This document shows, piece by piece, positions 10,520 to 20,315 of a stretch of DNA of 64,000 nt. Numbering within the stretch: position 1 is the stretch's first letter; each line of letters begins with the position of its first letter. The stretch is from Spirochaetia bacterium (GTDB taxonomy: Bacteria; Spirochaetota; Spirochaetia; WTKD01; G963693115), in assembly GCA_965196605.1 (NCBI GenBank), contig CBDAKK010000003.1, forward strand, positions 80,821 through 144,820. The letters run 5' to 3'. The translations under genes were made by a program, and so were the position numbers. The notes under the pieces were generated by a model. The model saw nothing but the letters and a program-made list of their open reading frames with translations. It was not told the origin of the DNA and did no database searches.

Positions 10520-10941
10520 TATAAATTGCTCATTATTTTTGCCGATAGTGTCTCATATAACTCACTAAAGCACTTCATATATTGTTTTGATACGCGTTCA
10601 ATAACCTCGTTAAATTTTTTAAAATCATAGCTATGACTCATTTTATTTCTATCATCTAAAGCACTAAGCCAGTCCTCCCCATGGGTTATAAGATTAGCAG
10701 CATATGCTTCTTTAATAACAATGCTCGGTAAAATGCTGCTAAACACAAAGTTTTCATACTCCATATAATCCTTAATCGTTTTCCAAGAAAGCTCCATGCA
10801 AAATTCAAAACGCTGTATCATACCTTCCTTTGCAATTTGCTCTAACTCTTCCTTATTATATCTATCACAAATTTCTTGCAATAAAATATACGCTCTTTTA
10901 AAGTTATCAAATCTATACTGCCATCTTGGTTTATCACTCAT
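10519..10941 (-). CDS. HEPN / nucleotidyltransferase substrate-binding (HI0074-family) protein, partner of MNT
   Basis: 140 aa helical protein. It forms the canonical two-gene HEPN/MNT arrangement with translational coupling. Confidence 0.65.
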   Translation of the reverse strand: MSDKPRWQYRFDNFKRAYILLQEICDRYNKEELEQIAKEGMIQRFEFCMELSWKTIKDYMEYENFVFSSILPSIVIKEAYAANLITHGEDWLSALDDRNKMSHSYDFKKFNEVIERVSKQYMKCFSELYETLSAKIMSNL

Positions 10942-11004
10942 ATCTATGTACTCTATTAGTGTATAAACTTATCTTAATATCTTCTACGCCGTGTATTCCC
11001 GCGG

Positions 11005-11108
11005 AGTTGCAATGCTCGCCGTGTTTCTCGCCTCGCGGACGAAGCGCCCTTCATCAACGCTACGGACATACTCATGAACGGAGGGCGCAGCGCGCTGTAT
11101 AACCAGTG
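11005..11108 (+). pseudogene. Diverged duplicate of the 3' end of the SDR gene (gene remnant)
   Basis: Nucleotides 11011-11108 are ~85% identical to 9455-9559 ('gcaatgctc.ccgtgtttctcgcctc...ggagggcgcagcgcgctgtat'). The frame is broken. Confidence 0.7.
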
Positions 11109-11256
11109 GTTTTTACGTTAATTTTTTCCGTCTATGATGGCTTGTACTTTATTGCTCACTCACACTTTATACAGTACTAGTAATATTTGAAAACCTCCAA
11201 AGTATATAATGTAATTGTTATCAAAAAACTAGCAACATCGATTTAGGAGTAGATTT

Positions 11257-12276
11257 ATGGACGCAGAACAAGAGAGCAACAATACGCTTGAAGAGATTCC
11301 AGCAAATCGAAAATTAGTTGAAGAACTTTATCTGCATGGAAAGATTACGAGAGAAACAAGGAAGTATGCTTTGAATATCCTCTATCCACATAATACATGG
11401 GGATTCTGGACATCGCGCTTGCTACTGATTATTGGAGCAACCTTGATACTTGCAGGCGTCATCTACTTCTTTGCCTTCAACTGGAGAAAAATACCACCAT
11501 TGTTAAAGTTATCTGCAATACAAATAGGCATTCTCGGCTCTATCCTTGGGGCGCGTTTTTACTCCTTACGGCGCATGAGTGGGCAAGTACTGCTACTCTG
11601 CGCTAGTGTACTCATTGGTGTATTTATGGCAGTCTTTGGACAAATTTACCAGACGGGAGCCGATGCCTACCAGCTTTTTATGATGTGGTCATTACTAACA
11701 CTTGGCTGGACTTTGATATCCACATGTGCCGCACAGTGGCTCTTTTGGCTTATAATTACTAACGCCTTCCTTATTTTGTGGTGGAAACAAGCTGCATTGC
11801 CTACAGAAGAAATGGAACTCATGATATTTACTTATATGAGCCTGTTCAACGGCGGGGTATTAGTGTTGCGTGAATACTTTGCCGAATGGAAAGCTTGTGA
11901 ATGGCTTAAAGCAGGCTGGGCACGATTTATTCTTACCCTTGCCTGCGTATCTATTATGGTTATTCCTATTATAATTTGTATTTACGATATAGAGAGACTC
12001 ACGATATCCATGGGGCTCAGCGGTGCTATTGGTATTATAGGGCATGGTGCTTTGTATTTCTGCTACCGCTATATATTACCCGATATGCGCTCCTTGGCAA
12101 TTACGATACTCTCCGTCTGCATTATCGCAGAAACCGTGTTTATAAAGCTATTATTAGAAAATTCATCAAGCGCTGGGAGTTTTTTATTTTTAGGGCTGAT
12201 AACACTCGGCATATTTATGTATGGCATCATCTACCTGCAGAAAATGGAAAAAATAATGGAGGCAAAGCATGTCTAA
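11257..12276 (+). CDS. DUF2157-family integral membrane protein
   Basis: Soluble N-terminal ~45 aa followed by multiple TM helices. It is the first gene of the conserved DUF2157-DUF4401-GDYXXLXY triad. Confidence 0.6.
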   Translation: MDAEQESNNTLEEIPANRKLVEELYLHGKITRETRKYALNILYPHNTWGFWTSRLLLIIGATLILAGVIYFFAFNWRKIPPLLKLSAIQIGILGSILGARFYSLRRMSGQVLLLCASVLIGVFMAVFGQIYQTGADAYQLFMMWSLLTLGWTLISTCAAQWLFWLIITNAFLILWWKQAALPTEEMELMIFTYMSLFNGGVLVLREYFAEWKACEWLKAGWARFILTLACVSIMVIPIIICIYDIERLTISMGLSGAIGIIGHGALYFCYRYILPDMRSLAITILSVCIIAETVFIKLLLENSSSAGSFLFLGLITLGIFMYGIIYLQKMEKIMEAKHV

Positions 12277-13378
12277 GTATATGAGTGAATACAATGCAGC
12301 GAGTTTTATAGAACACCTTAGCAACAAAGGTCTTGTAAGCAAGCAGGGGCTTACAGACTTCATCATCGCCCAACAGCATAAAAAAGAATTACCACTTTAT
12401 GTACGAATTGTAGTTGGCGTTGGCGCATTCATAACCTCTATTTGTTTCATCGTTTTTTTAGTCTTTAGCGAATTAATTGATAGTGATATAAGTTTCATTG
12501 TTTGGGGATTGCTATTCATAGCGGGGGCTATAGGATTACAAAAGCTTACTGGCAACAATAATACCATCAAGCACAAGCACAGTTTTGTGATGCAGTCTTC
12601 ATTTGCGTTTATAACTACGGGTAAAATTCTCTTTATCATAGGCATGAATGATATATTGGATTCTGATTGGGGAATTAGCCTCGCATTGTTTATTGTTACC
12701 CTTGCTACTTATAACATTTATCGCATGTCTATAGACCGCTTTCTTTCTTCGTTTGCGCTCCTCTTTTCCATTTTGGCGAACATTTGGGACGGAGACATTC
12801 TCGGCTCAAGGGAATTGTGGCTCAATGGGTTTTTCTTATTCCAGTTTGTTGGCGCTGCTATCTTGCTCACCCATAATAAAATTCCACGTGACTATACCCC
12901 ACTTTCTTACGCCCTTGTGTTCTCCCTGTGTGCCAGCGTTCTATTTTTAGCTGCGCATGCAAAATTTGAATATTTAAGACACGCAAAACTCATCAATCCA
13001 ATCTTTATCACCATAGTATTGGTCGCTGGACTTATAGCCTTATTCGTTTGGGCGGCAGGCACAGCAGAGTACCTAAAAACTCAGCCGTTCATATTAGCTT
13101 CTATAGGCGCAGTCCTTTTAGGGCTTATTTCAGCTCCGGGCGTATTACTTACCATTGCATTGATGATTCTAGGATATGCTAAACACGAAAAACCATTTAT
13201 TATCATAGGCTTGCTACTCATTCCTGTTTTCCTATTTCTGTACTACTACAATCTCGATGTTTCTTTGTTAAAAAAATCTGGAATTCTTGTTGGAAGCGGC
13301 ATAGCGCTTTTGGTAGGGAGATTTTATGTACGCTACAAAGGTTGGGACACAAGAGGTGCTTCATGCGTAGAAAAATAA
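12269..13378 (+). CDS. DUF4401-family polytopic membrane protein
   Basis: 369 aa, highly hydrophobic. It overlaps the upstream gene, and the family assignment is supported by gene context. Confidence 0.55.
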   Translation: MSKYMSEYNAASFIEHLSNKGLVSKQGLTDFIIAQQHKKELPLYVRIVVGVGAFITSICFIVFLVFSELIDSDISFIVWGLLFIAGAIGLQKLTGNNNTIKHKHSFVMQSSFAFITTGKILFIIGMNDILDSDWGISLALFIVTLATYNIYRMSIDRFLSSFALLFSILANIWDGDILGSRELWLNGFFLFQFVGAAILLTHNKIPRDYTPLSYALVFSLCASVLFLAAHAKFEYLRHAKLINPIFITIVLVAGLIALFVWAAGTAEYLKTQPFILASIGAVLLGLISAPGVLLTIALMILGYAKHEKPFIIIGLLLIPVFLFLYYYNLDVSLLKKSGILVGSGIALLVGRFYVRYKGWDTRGASCVEK

Positions 13379-13851
13379 TGATAGCCTTGTTGGTGCTTAT
13401 TCTCATTGTGTTGAACTATGGCATTTACGAAAAAGAACAAATTAAGAAACACGGAGAAACCTTGCTGCTTGAGCTTGCTCCAGTCGACCCGCGCTCTCTT
13501 ATGCAAGGAGACTATATGCGCCTCCGTTATGCCATAGAACGTCAGGCGCCTGTGCAATTGTTGGCATCCCACCAAAAGCGTGGATATATGGTTGTTCGTG
13601 CAAATGCAAATAACGTGGCGCAATTCGTACGCTTCTATCAAAAAGAAGACTTAGCTGAAGGTGATAAACTCCTACGTTTCCATAAAAATTACGAGGACAT
13701 ACGAATAATTCCCGACTCTTTCTTTTTTCAAGAAGGCCATGCTAAATATTACGAAAACACCAAATATGGCGTATTCAAATTCAACAATTCCGGTAAGCAT
13801 ATACTTGTTGGATTAGCCGATGAAAATAGAAAAACAGTAACGACTCCATAA
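13363..13851 (+). CDS. GDYXXLXY-domain protein (N-terminal TM anchor)
   Basis: Contains the literal motif 'GDYMRLRY'. RBS AAGAGGTG sits 4 nt upstream of the ATG at 13363. Confidence 0.7.
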   Translation: MRRKIMIALLVLILIVLNYGIYEKEQIKKHGETLLLELAPVDPRSLMQGDYMRLRYAIERQAPVQLLASHQKRGYMVVRANANNVAQFVRFYQKEDLAEGDKLLRFHKNYEDIRIIPDSFFFQEGHAKYYENTKYGVFKFNNSGKHILVGLADENRKTVTTP

Positions 13852-14187
13852 ATTACGCATAGAACCTATTACAAATTACAAAGAATAAATTTTTTTGAAA
13901 AAATATATTGACACGCTAAAAAGCGATACAACTAGAAACAATTAATACGCGAAGCAATACATGAAACTCGCACCAAAACCCACCGCTAGGCCAAAGTAGT
14001 AGATGTAAGTAGCTATGCGCAAGCATGAAAGCTGTAAGTAAATAAAGTTTGTACTCATGCTGGTTGTGGCCACAAATTTGGACGTCTTATGAGATGAGCG
14101 TGGAGGCTGTGCTTGTTCTTTAATGCCCGGTTTGCTTTTTATATTATTCCTTGTCTAGTAATGGTTACATTGAATTTGAATATTGAA

Positions 14188-14216
14188 TTGACAACAGTTT
14201 TTTTGCGCTATATAAT
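14188..14216 (+). promoter_or_regulatory. Consensus sigma70-type promoter for the ABC importer operon
   Basis: TTGACA (14188-14193), a 17 nt spacer, then TATAAT (14211-14216). It lies ~35 nt upstream of the SBP start. Confidence 0.6.
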
Positions 14217-14249
14217 TCAAGTATTGAAATAACTTTGTTGGAGGTTATT

Positions 14250-15485
14250 ATGAAAAAAATAATAGTGGCATTTTGCATTATGGCCTTGTCGCCCGCCATT
14301 GTATGTGCCTTAGGTTCTAAGGAAGGCGATAATTCAAATTTTGTTACATTGAAAATTATCATTCCATGGGTAAACGAAGAGCTAGAGAATTTTTTGCCCG
14401 TGCTTGAACAGTTTGAATTAGAAAACCCTACCATAAAAGTTGAGTATCAAACGGCCAAACCCGAGGATATAGCTACAATATTGTCCGTGCAATTTGCGTC
14501 TAAGAAAACCCCTGCGGATGTTATAGATATTGCATGGGCATGGTATATTCGAGAACAGGGTAAGCGTGGGCATGTGCTTTCGCTTGCGGACGTCATTCGT
14601 AAAGGCGACTTTGTAAAGGGTGCTTTTAGTGAAGTGTCCGTAGGTTCCGCGATGTACGGAGTGCCGGGAGTAGGAGGCATTACGGTGCCTGAGTACCGCA
14701 AGAGCTTTTTTGCAAAACACAAGATTAAGGGTTCTCAGTCCTTTAAAAGCACGCAGGCCTTTTTTGATGAAATACGCGCAAAGACGAATAATAAGGCAAT
14801 TATTGCAAGTGGGGGCGGTGTAGGATGGACCTTTACCAGTATTGTTGAAACGTGGATTTTGACCTTTGGCGGGAGGGACATGCACACCAAACTTCGTACG
14901 GGGAAATTGGCGTGGACGGATGCGTCGGTACGAAATATTTTTTCAAAAGAACTGCTTCCGCTTATTAGAAATGGTTATTTCGGTGAGCCGGACGAGTATG
15001 AAGCCCAACTTAAGGCAATGTGGAATGGAAAGCACGCAATTTTTGTAGGAGACAGCACTGATGCACAAATTGTAAAGCCCGCTACAGACAGAGGGGTGTT
15101 TTTACTCCCTAATCAAGATACGGTCATGTTGTGGAATGATTTTTGGTTTGTTCCTAAGTATACAAAGCACCCTAAGGAAGCGAAAAAACTTATTGCTTTT
15201 CTTGCAACGAAGGGGCAGGAGATTCAAGTTTCACGCGGTGGACGCATAGGAACTTATCTTGGCATAGATAGTTCTGTGTACCCACAAAGTGAAAAAGATA
15301 TTTTTTCTCTTTTAAATACGGTACATGTTGTTCCCGACTTAGACGATTCCATTGGAGGGAAGTTTCAGTCGACTATGTGGGATCAGCTTGCCTTGCTTTG
15401 GGCAAAGCCAAACGAAACTACGCTGGATGTAGTGCTTGAGAAGTTGCAAAGTGCTTCTGAAGAAACACGCGCGAAAAAACAATGA
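14250..15485 (+). CDS. Extracellular solute-binding lipoprotein (SBP family 1, sugar/oligosaccharide type)
   Basis: Signal peptide with lipobox 'IVCALG'. RBS GGAGG upstream. It is followed by two MalF/MalG-type permeases. Confidence 0.8.
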   Translation: MKKIIVAFCIMALSPAIVCALGSKEGDNSNFVTLKIIIPWVNEELENFLPVLEQFELENPTIKVEYQTAKPEDIATILSVQFASKKTPADVIDIAWAWYIREQGKRGHVLSLADVIRKGDFVKGAFSEVSVGSAMYGVPGVGGITVPEYRKSFFAKHKIKGSQSFKSTQAFFDEIRAKTNNKAIIASGGGVGWTFTSIVETWILTFGGRDMHTKLRTGKLAWTDASVRNIFSKELLPLIRNGYFGEPDEYEAQLKAMWNGKHAIFVGDSTDAQIVKPATDRGVFLLPNQDTVMLWNDFWFVPKYTKHPKEAKKLIAFLATKGQEIQVSRGGRIGTYLGIDSSVYPQSEKDIFSLLNTVHVVPDLDDSIGGKFQSTMWDQLALLWAKPNETTLDVVLEKLQSASEETRAKKQ

Positions 15486-15544
15486 GAGGGTAGAGAGACC
15501 ATATCGGTGTTCCAATAAGGTGTGATTTGTAACTACTCATTATT

Positions 15545-16444
15545 ATGCGTCTGAATATTCATAAGCCATCGTTTTTAGAAATTGTTTTTATAGCACCTAC
15601 GCTTATTCTCATAGCTGTTTTTATACTGCTCCCCTTGTTGCAAAGCCTTCTAACAAGCTTTTATCATGAGGGAGCCTTTGTTGGCATTCAGAATTATAAG
15701 GAGTTATTTTCCGATCCTAATTTTTTTAACCTTAAGGGTTTTTTCTCTAGCAATGAAGGAATAGGGGCCTTAGGAAATAATATCATCTGGGTTCTCATTC
15801 ATATGCCGACATCTATTATACTGGGCGCCGTTTTTGCCTTGTTATTGAATCGCAAGGTCTATGGCAGAGGTGTGATACGCACCTTTATATTCATAGGGGT
15901 TACGGTTCCCATGGTCATAGGTGACATTCTCGCGAGGTTTTTGTTTGCTCAAGGCGGTGGCATTGTGCCAGCGTTTTTTAACGCAATTGGGGTAAAGACA
16001 CTCTATGTAAACTGGCTTGCTAAGCCTTCTCTTGCATTATACGCCCTCATATTAGTTTCCATATGGTTGTGGACGGGGTATTGCATGATACTCTACATGT
16101 CGGCCTTGACAACCTTGGACGAAAGCGTGGTACAAGCCGCCGAAATGGACGGAGCTAATTCCATGCAGGTGCTCTTGTATGTCATTATTCCTCACATAAA
16201 GCCGGTAACCTATGTAATTATTGCAATGTCGCTCATATGGGAGTTGAAACTCTTTGACATTGTGTACGCGTCTACTGGTGGTGGCCCGGGTGGTGCTACC
16301 AATGTTTTGAGTCTCGAAATGTATAGAACTACGTTTAAATATTTAGAAGAAGGAAAGGGTGCGTCCATAGCGGTTTTCATGATGCTGCTATGCATTATCC
16401 CCATTGGGTTTTTAATAAGAAATCATGTGCGCGAAACATTGTAA
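15545..16444 (+). CDS. Sugar ABC permease (MalF/UgpA-type)
   Basis: Six predicted TM helices and the EAA-loop-like 'AAEMDGANSMQVLLYVIIPHIKP'. Confidence 0.8.
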   Translation: MRLNIHKPSFLEIVFIAPTLILIAVFILLPLLQSLLTSFYHEGAFVGIQNYKELFSDPNFFNLKGFFSSNEGIGALGNNIIWVLIHMPTSIILGAVFALLLNRKVYGRGVIRTFIFIGVTVPMVIGDILARFLFAQGGGIVPAFFNAIGVKTLYVNWLAKPSLALYALILVSIWLWTGYCMILYMSALTTLDESVVQAAEMDGANSMQVLLYVIIPHIKPVTYVIIAMSLIWELKLFDIVYASTGGGPGGATNVLSLEMYRTTFKYLEEGKGASIAVFMMLLCIIPIGFLIRNHVRETL

Positions 16445-16445
16445 T

Positions 16446-17294
16446 ATGAGCATGCAGGCTAACACAGTGCCGCTTGCAAGGCTTGTAAAAACCGCATGTA
16501 TGTGGGGAATAGGAATTATATGGATGATACCAATAGTCGGCATTTTTTTTGCCTCCGTGCGTCCTTCGGAAGAACTCGTGCATGGTTGGTGGAACCTCGC
16601 TCCTCTCTCGATGAGCCTCGATAATTATATAAAAGTTCTCTTCACTTCTACTATTCCGCTCATAAGGCCTCTTAAGAATTCCTTGTTCTTATCCCTCATG
16701 GGCACCTTCATTGCCATGTTTCTTGGAAGCTTAGCAGGCTATGGGTTAGCGCGTTACAAAATTCCATTGAAGACGCAACTTGTCGTAGTCTTAATTAGCA
16801 CCATGTCAGTGCCCTTTCAAATGCTCGCAATTCCCGTGTTCAAAATTATGAATTTTCTATCGCTCCTTAATTCACTCTACAGCGTTATGATTATGCATGT
16901 GGTAACAGCATTGCCGTGGATTACTTTTTTCATAATGAACTTCATGCAGACGCAAAACAGCAGCATTGAAGAGTGTGCGAAAATAGATGGGTGTTCGCAG
17001 TTCGGGGTTTTCTTTCGCATTGTTTTGCCTAACCTCTATCCCGCGCTCTTAGCCGTATTTGCCCTGCAATTTGTCTGGAGTTGGATAGATTTTTTCTTCC
17101 CCTTATTGTTTCTGTATACTCCCGACACCTATACCGCGATACAGGTTATTCCGCTTTTACGAGGGCATTTTGTCGCTAACTGGGGCGAATTATCGGCAGC
17201 GTCTGTAGTAGTTATATTTTTTCCCTTTGTTATATTCTTTCTTTTACAGAAGTATTACATAATTTCAGCAGCTGGTTGGCAAGGGAATAAATAA
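16446..17294 (+). CDS. Sugar ABC permease (MalG/UgpE-type)
   Basis: EAA-like 'ECAKIDGCSQFGVFFRIVLPNLYPAL'. The ATG at 16446 overlaps the upstream stop. Confidence 0.8.
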   Translation: MSMQANTVPLARLVKTACMWGIGIIWMIPIVGIFFASVRPSEELVHGWWNLAPLSMSLDNYIKVLFTSTIPLIRPLKNSLFLSLMGTFIAMFLGSLAGYGLARYKIPLKTQLVVVLISTMSVPFQMLAIPVFKIMNFLSLLNSLYSVMIMHVVTALPWITFFIMNFMQTQNSSIEECAKIDGCSQFGVFFRIVLPNLYPALLAVFALQFVWSWIDFFFPLLFLYTPDTYTAIQVIPLLRGHFVANWGELSAASVVVIFFPFVIFFLLQKYYIISAAGWQGNK

Positions 17295-17302
17295 GGCGAG
17301 GG

Positions 17303-18379
17303 GTGAATGTGAAAAAATACCATGTGGGATTAATAGGGCTTGGAGAAGTTGCGCAGGCTGCGCACCTCCCTGCGCTACAGAAATTGGGGCATAAGTTTTC
17401 GATATGCGCAGTATGTGATGTATCTAAAAGCACCATGCGCCACGTTGAGCATAGGTACAGTGTGCCACAGTTATTTTCAAGCGCAGAGGCTCTCATTGAA
17501 AGCGAAGATGTGGATATTGTCTTTGTTCTCTCTCCCGACCAGTATCATTACGCCCACGTAGAGCACTGCCTCGCTGCGCGCAAGCATGTCTTTGTAGAAA
17601 AGCCCTTGTGTTTATTACGCGAGCATGTTGAAAAGCTCGTTCAGCAGTCTGCGCGTCTGCCGTCCTTATGCGCCATGGTGGGGTACATGCGACGCTTTGC
17701 TCCGCCATTTTTGGAGCTCAAAAAACACATTGAAAAAGAAAAAATAGAATACGTGAACATGCGCGATGTAATTTGCGAAGGTGGGTTTTTCATGAAGCAG
17801 AGCAACCGCCTCCATTACCCACGCGATATTGCTGCAGATGCTGCTCAGCAGGGTAGGGACTTGCTGGCTACGCAGCTGAAGCAGGCCTGTGGTACTACTG
17901 ACAAGGTCGCGCAGAGGGCATATCAGGTACTTACTGGGCTGAGCTCGCATAGCCTGTCTGCCATGCGAGAGTTGTTTGGCGTACCCCGCGCGGTTCTCAG
18001 TGCGCATGTGCATAAAAATGGCGAAATGATCATCATCGTTTTTGATTACGGCAGTTTTTATCTAAGCTATGAAGTACTTATTCACAATGTAGTGCATTTT
18101 GACGCATCAATAGAGGTACTCACAAATGCAAGCTCATACACTCTGCGCTATAACACGCCCTACATCCCCAACCTGCCTTTAAGCTTGGTTGTAACGCGCT
18201 CCAATGCGCGCCATACCAGCACAACAGAATATGGACCCTATTACATAGACCCCTTTATGGCCGAGTTAGAACATCTGCACATGTGCTTGCAAACCAATGC
18301 CACACCCAAAACAAGATTTGCAGATGCGCTTGAAGATTTTATGCTCTTTGAGAAAATAATGGGGAAACTTACAGGCTAG
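17303..18379 (+). CDS. Gfo/Idh/MocA-family NAD(P)-dependent oxidoreductase
   Basis: N-terminal Rossmann 'VGLIGLGEVAQAAHLPAL' and EKP motif 'VFVEKPL'. Confidence 0.8.
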   Translation: MNVKKYHVGLIGLGEVAQAAHLPALQKLGHKFSICAVCDVSKSTMRHVEHRYSVPQLFSSAEALIESEDVDIVFVLSPDQYHYAHVEHCLAARKHVFVEKPLCLLREHVEKLVQQSARLPSLCAMVGYMRRFAPPFLELKKHIEKEKIEYVNMRDVICEGGFFMKQSNRLHYPRDIAADAAQQGRDLLATQLKQACGTTDKVAQRAYQVLTGLSSHSLSAMRELFGVPRAVLSAHVHKNGEMIIIVFDYGSFYLSYEVLIHNVVHFDASIEVLTNASSYTLRYNTPYIPNLPLSLVVTRSNARHTSTTEYGPYYIDPFMAELEHLHMCLQTNATPKTRFADALEDFMLFEKIMGKLTG

Positions 18380-18380
18380 C

Positions 18381-19253
18381 ATGACATCGTATAATGTTAC
18401 CATTGCAACCGCTCCATGTGCATGGGGTGTGTGGTATGCCGAGCATGAGAAGCAACCACGCGCAGAGCAGTACCTGCAAGAAGTTTCACAACTTGGCATA
18501 CAATGGACAGAACTTGGGCCATGGGGATTTTTAGGCACAAGTGCCGAGGAGGTGCAATCGAAAATATCGCAATACAAGCTTAAAATGTGCGGGGCAAGCC
18601 TTGCGTATCCTTTTGCTCTTTTTATGCAAGGTGCCCATGATTTTTTTACACAGGCCTTGCATGTAGCGCATAGTCTCGTGGCCTCTTCTGCACGCTACTT
18701 AATAGTCATGGACGACTCGGGCTACTATACGCCAAAGAGCTTGATGCAATGGAAGAGAGACAGTGGGAATTATATCTACTCTGTTTTATTGGAGCTACAA
18801 GCTCGTATGTGCGACATGGGATGCACGGTATTATTTCACCCGCATGCCGCGACTTGCATAGAACGCGAAGAGGAAATACTGAAGTTTCTCGAGAACACGC
18901 ATGGACGCATTCCCCTGTGCTTTGACATAGGCCATCACGCCTACTGTGGCGGAGAGCCCGGTTCTTTTTTGCAAAAACATGCAGATGTAATTCCCTACAT
19001 TCACATGAAAAACATAGATACAAACTTACAAAAGACTCTTGAACAAAAAGGCATGTCAGCAGAAGAAATATTTTCAAAGGGAGTAATGGTAGATTTAGAA
19101 AGCGGCTGCGTTGATATACCAGCGCTGAAAGGCGTACTGAAAAAAATAGACTACAATGGATTCCTCGTGTTTGAGCAAGATACATTTGGCATGCCCCTTG
19201 CTTCTATGATGAAACTGGCACAGCAAAACATAGACTATTGGGAAGGCATATAA
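18381..19253 (+). CDS. Sugar phosphate isomerase/epimerase (xylose-isomerase-like TIM barrel; IolE-like paralog)
   Basis: N-terminus 'IATAPCAWGVWY' resembles the IolE/AP-endonuclease-2 TIM barrel family. It pairs with the upstream Gfo/Idh/MocA gene in the same way as the 46459/47491 pair. Confidence 0.65.
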   Translation: MTSYNVTIATAPCAWGVWYAEHEKQPRAEQYLQEVSQLGIQWTELGPWGFLGTSAEEVQSKISQYKLKMCGASLAYPFALFMQGAHDFFTQALHVAHSLVASSARYLIVMDDSGYYTPKSLMQWKRDSGNYIYSVLLELQARMCDMGCTVLFHPHAATCIEREEEILKFLENTHGRIPLCFDIGHHAYCGGEPGSFLQKHADVIPYIHMKNIDTNLQKTLEQKGMSAEEIFSKGVMVDLESGCVDIPALKGVLKKIDYNGFLVFEQDTFGMPLASMMKLAQQNIDYWEGI

Positions 19254-20315
19254 ATGTTTTTAGATATAGAATCGACTTCGGATATTCACCTTCGCAACAT
19301 ATTGCGGATTATTATCTTTGCGATGGAACGAAAGCAAACTACGCGCAAAGAGATAGCGCGCAGTCTTGATTTAAGCGCAGGCACCGTCTCGTCTATTTGC
19401 AACAAATTGTTGCTTTGGAATATTGCGCGTGAATATAAACAAGCGTCTCAGTCCATGGGACCTAGAGTAAAGGTTTTTCTTATAAGCGAAGATGTATACT
19501 ACCTTGGCGTATTAGACTTGCACAGGCGCAAGACTGCGCGGCTGTATATTGTGCAACTGAACACTGCCGTGCTTGCGCAGTATGACTTTGCAATCCCTCC
19601 CTCCTTGCCCCAATTTTTCTTAGCGCTCGAAAAGGTGTATTTCAAGACTGTTCCAGAAGTTGTGAGAAAAAAAATAATAGGCATGGCCGTACCCATAGCA
19701 GCCACCATGTGCGAAAAAAGTCGGCGCATAGTATCGGCGACCGTCCCCATTTTTGAAGGTGTCGCACTTGAAGGTAGCTTGAAAAACTTGCTGCATGTGC
19801 CCGTTTTTGTCGAAAACGAATCGGTTGTTTGCGTACACTCCAGTGTTGTGCGGAGTGAGAAAAACGCAACACGGAGCGTCTATATATTTATTGAAGAAGG
19901 CCTCGGCATAGGGGTAATGATTAAAAACAGCATAATCTCCGGCGACAATGGCCTCGGTTCTGACGTATGCAATATAATCTCTCCGTATTCAAAAACCAAT
20001 GCAACGGTGGAACAAGTCTTATGTGAGCAATCGCAACACAGCATGAATATTAAGGCACAGACACTTGGCTATTTAGTTGGAATACTGGTAAACCTATTCG
20101 ATATAAACATATTCTACATTGGCGGGTATCTTGCACAACACATGCATCATGTACATGATGAAGTAGAAAAGACACTTGAGGAGGTTGTACTTCATAAAGA
20201 GTTACGGGCTATCACACTCATTCCCGATATTCAATACTCACAAACAATAATACACGGTTCTGCAATAGCCCTTATAAAGCAGCATGTTTCTTCTTTAAAA
20301 AGTAGGTCACAATGA
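19254..20315 (+). CDS. ROK-family transcriptional regulator (NagC/XylR-like)
   Basis: N-terminal winged-HTH 'TRKEIARSLDLSAGTVSSICNKL' plus a ROK sugar-kinase-like body. The true start may be at the internal Met (MERKQ). Confidence 0.7.
   Translation: MFLDIESTSDIHLRNILRIIIFAMERKQTTRKEIARSLDLSAGTVSSICNKLLLWNIAREYKQASQSMGPRVKVFLISEDVYYLGVLDLHRRKTARLYIVQLNTAVLAQYDFAIPPSLPQFFLALEKVYFKTVPEVVRKKIIGMAVPIAATMCEKSRRIVSATVPIFEGVALEGSLKNLLHVPVFVENESVVCVHSSVVRSEKNATRSVYIFIEEGLGIGVMIKNSIISGDNGLGSDVCNIISPYSKTNATVEQVLCEQSQHSMNIKAQTLGYLVGILVNLFDINIFYIGGYLAQHMHHVHDEVEKTLEEVVLHKELRAITLIPDIQYSQTIIHGSAIALIKQHVSSLKSRSQ

Noticed and set aside
9560-11256. Integrase, transposase or IS element associated with the TA cassette
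   Set aside because: No ORF with DDE, serine or tyrosine recombinase features is present. Only the ~100 bp direct duplication was seen.
13860-14230. Possible tRNA or small RNA gene in the 370 bp AT-rich spacer
   Set aside because: No cloverleaf-compatible stems or conserved T-loop (GTTCRANYC) could be found by eye. The spacer is best explained as promoter and leader.
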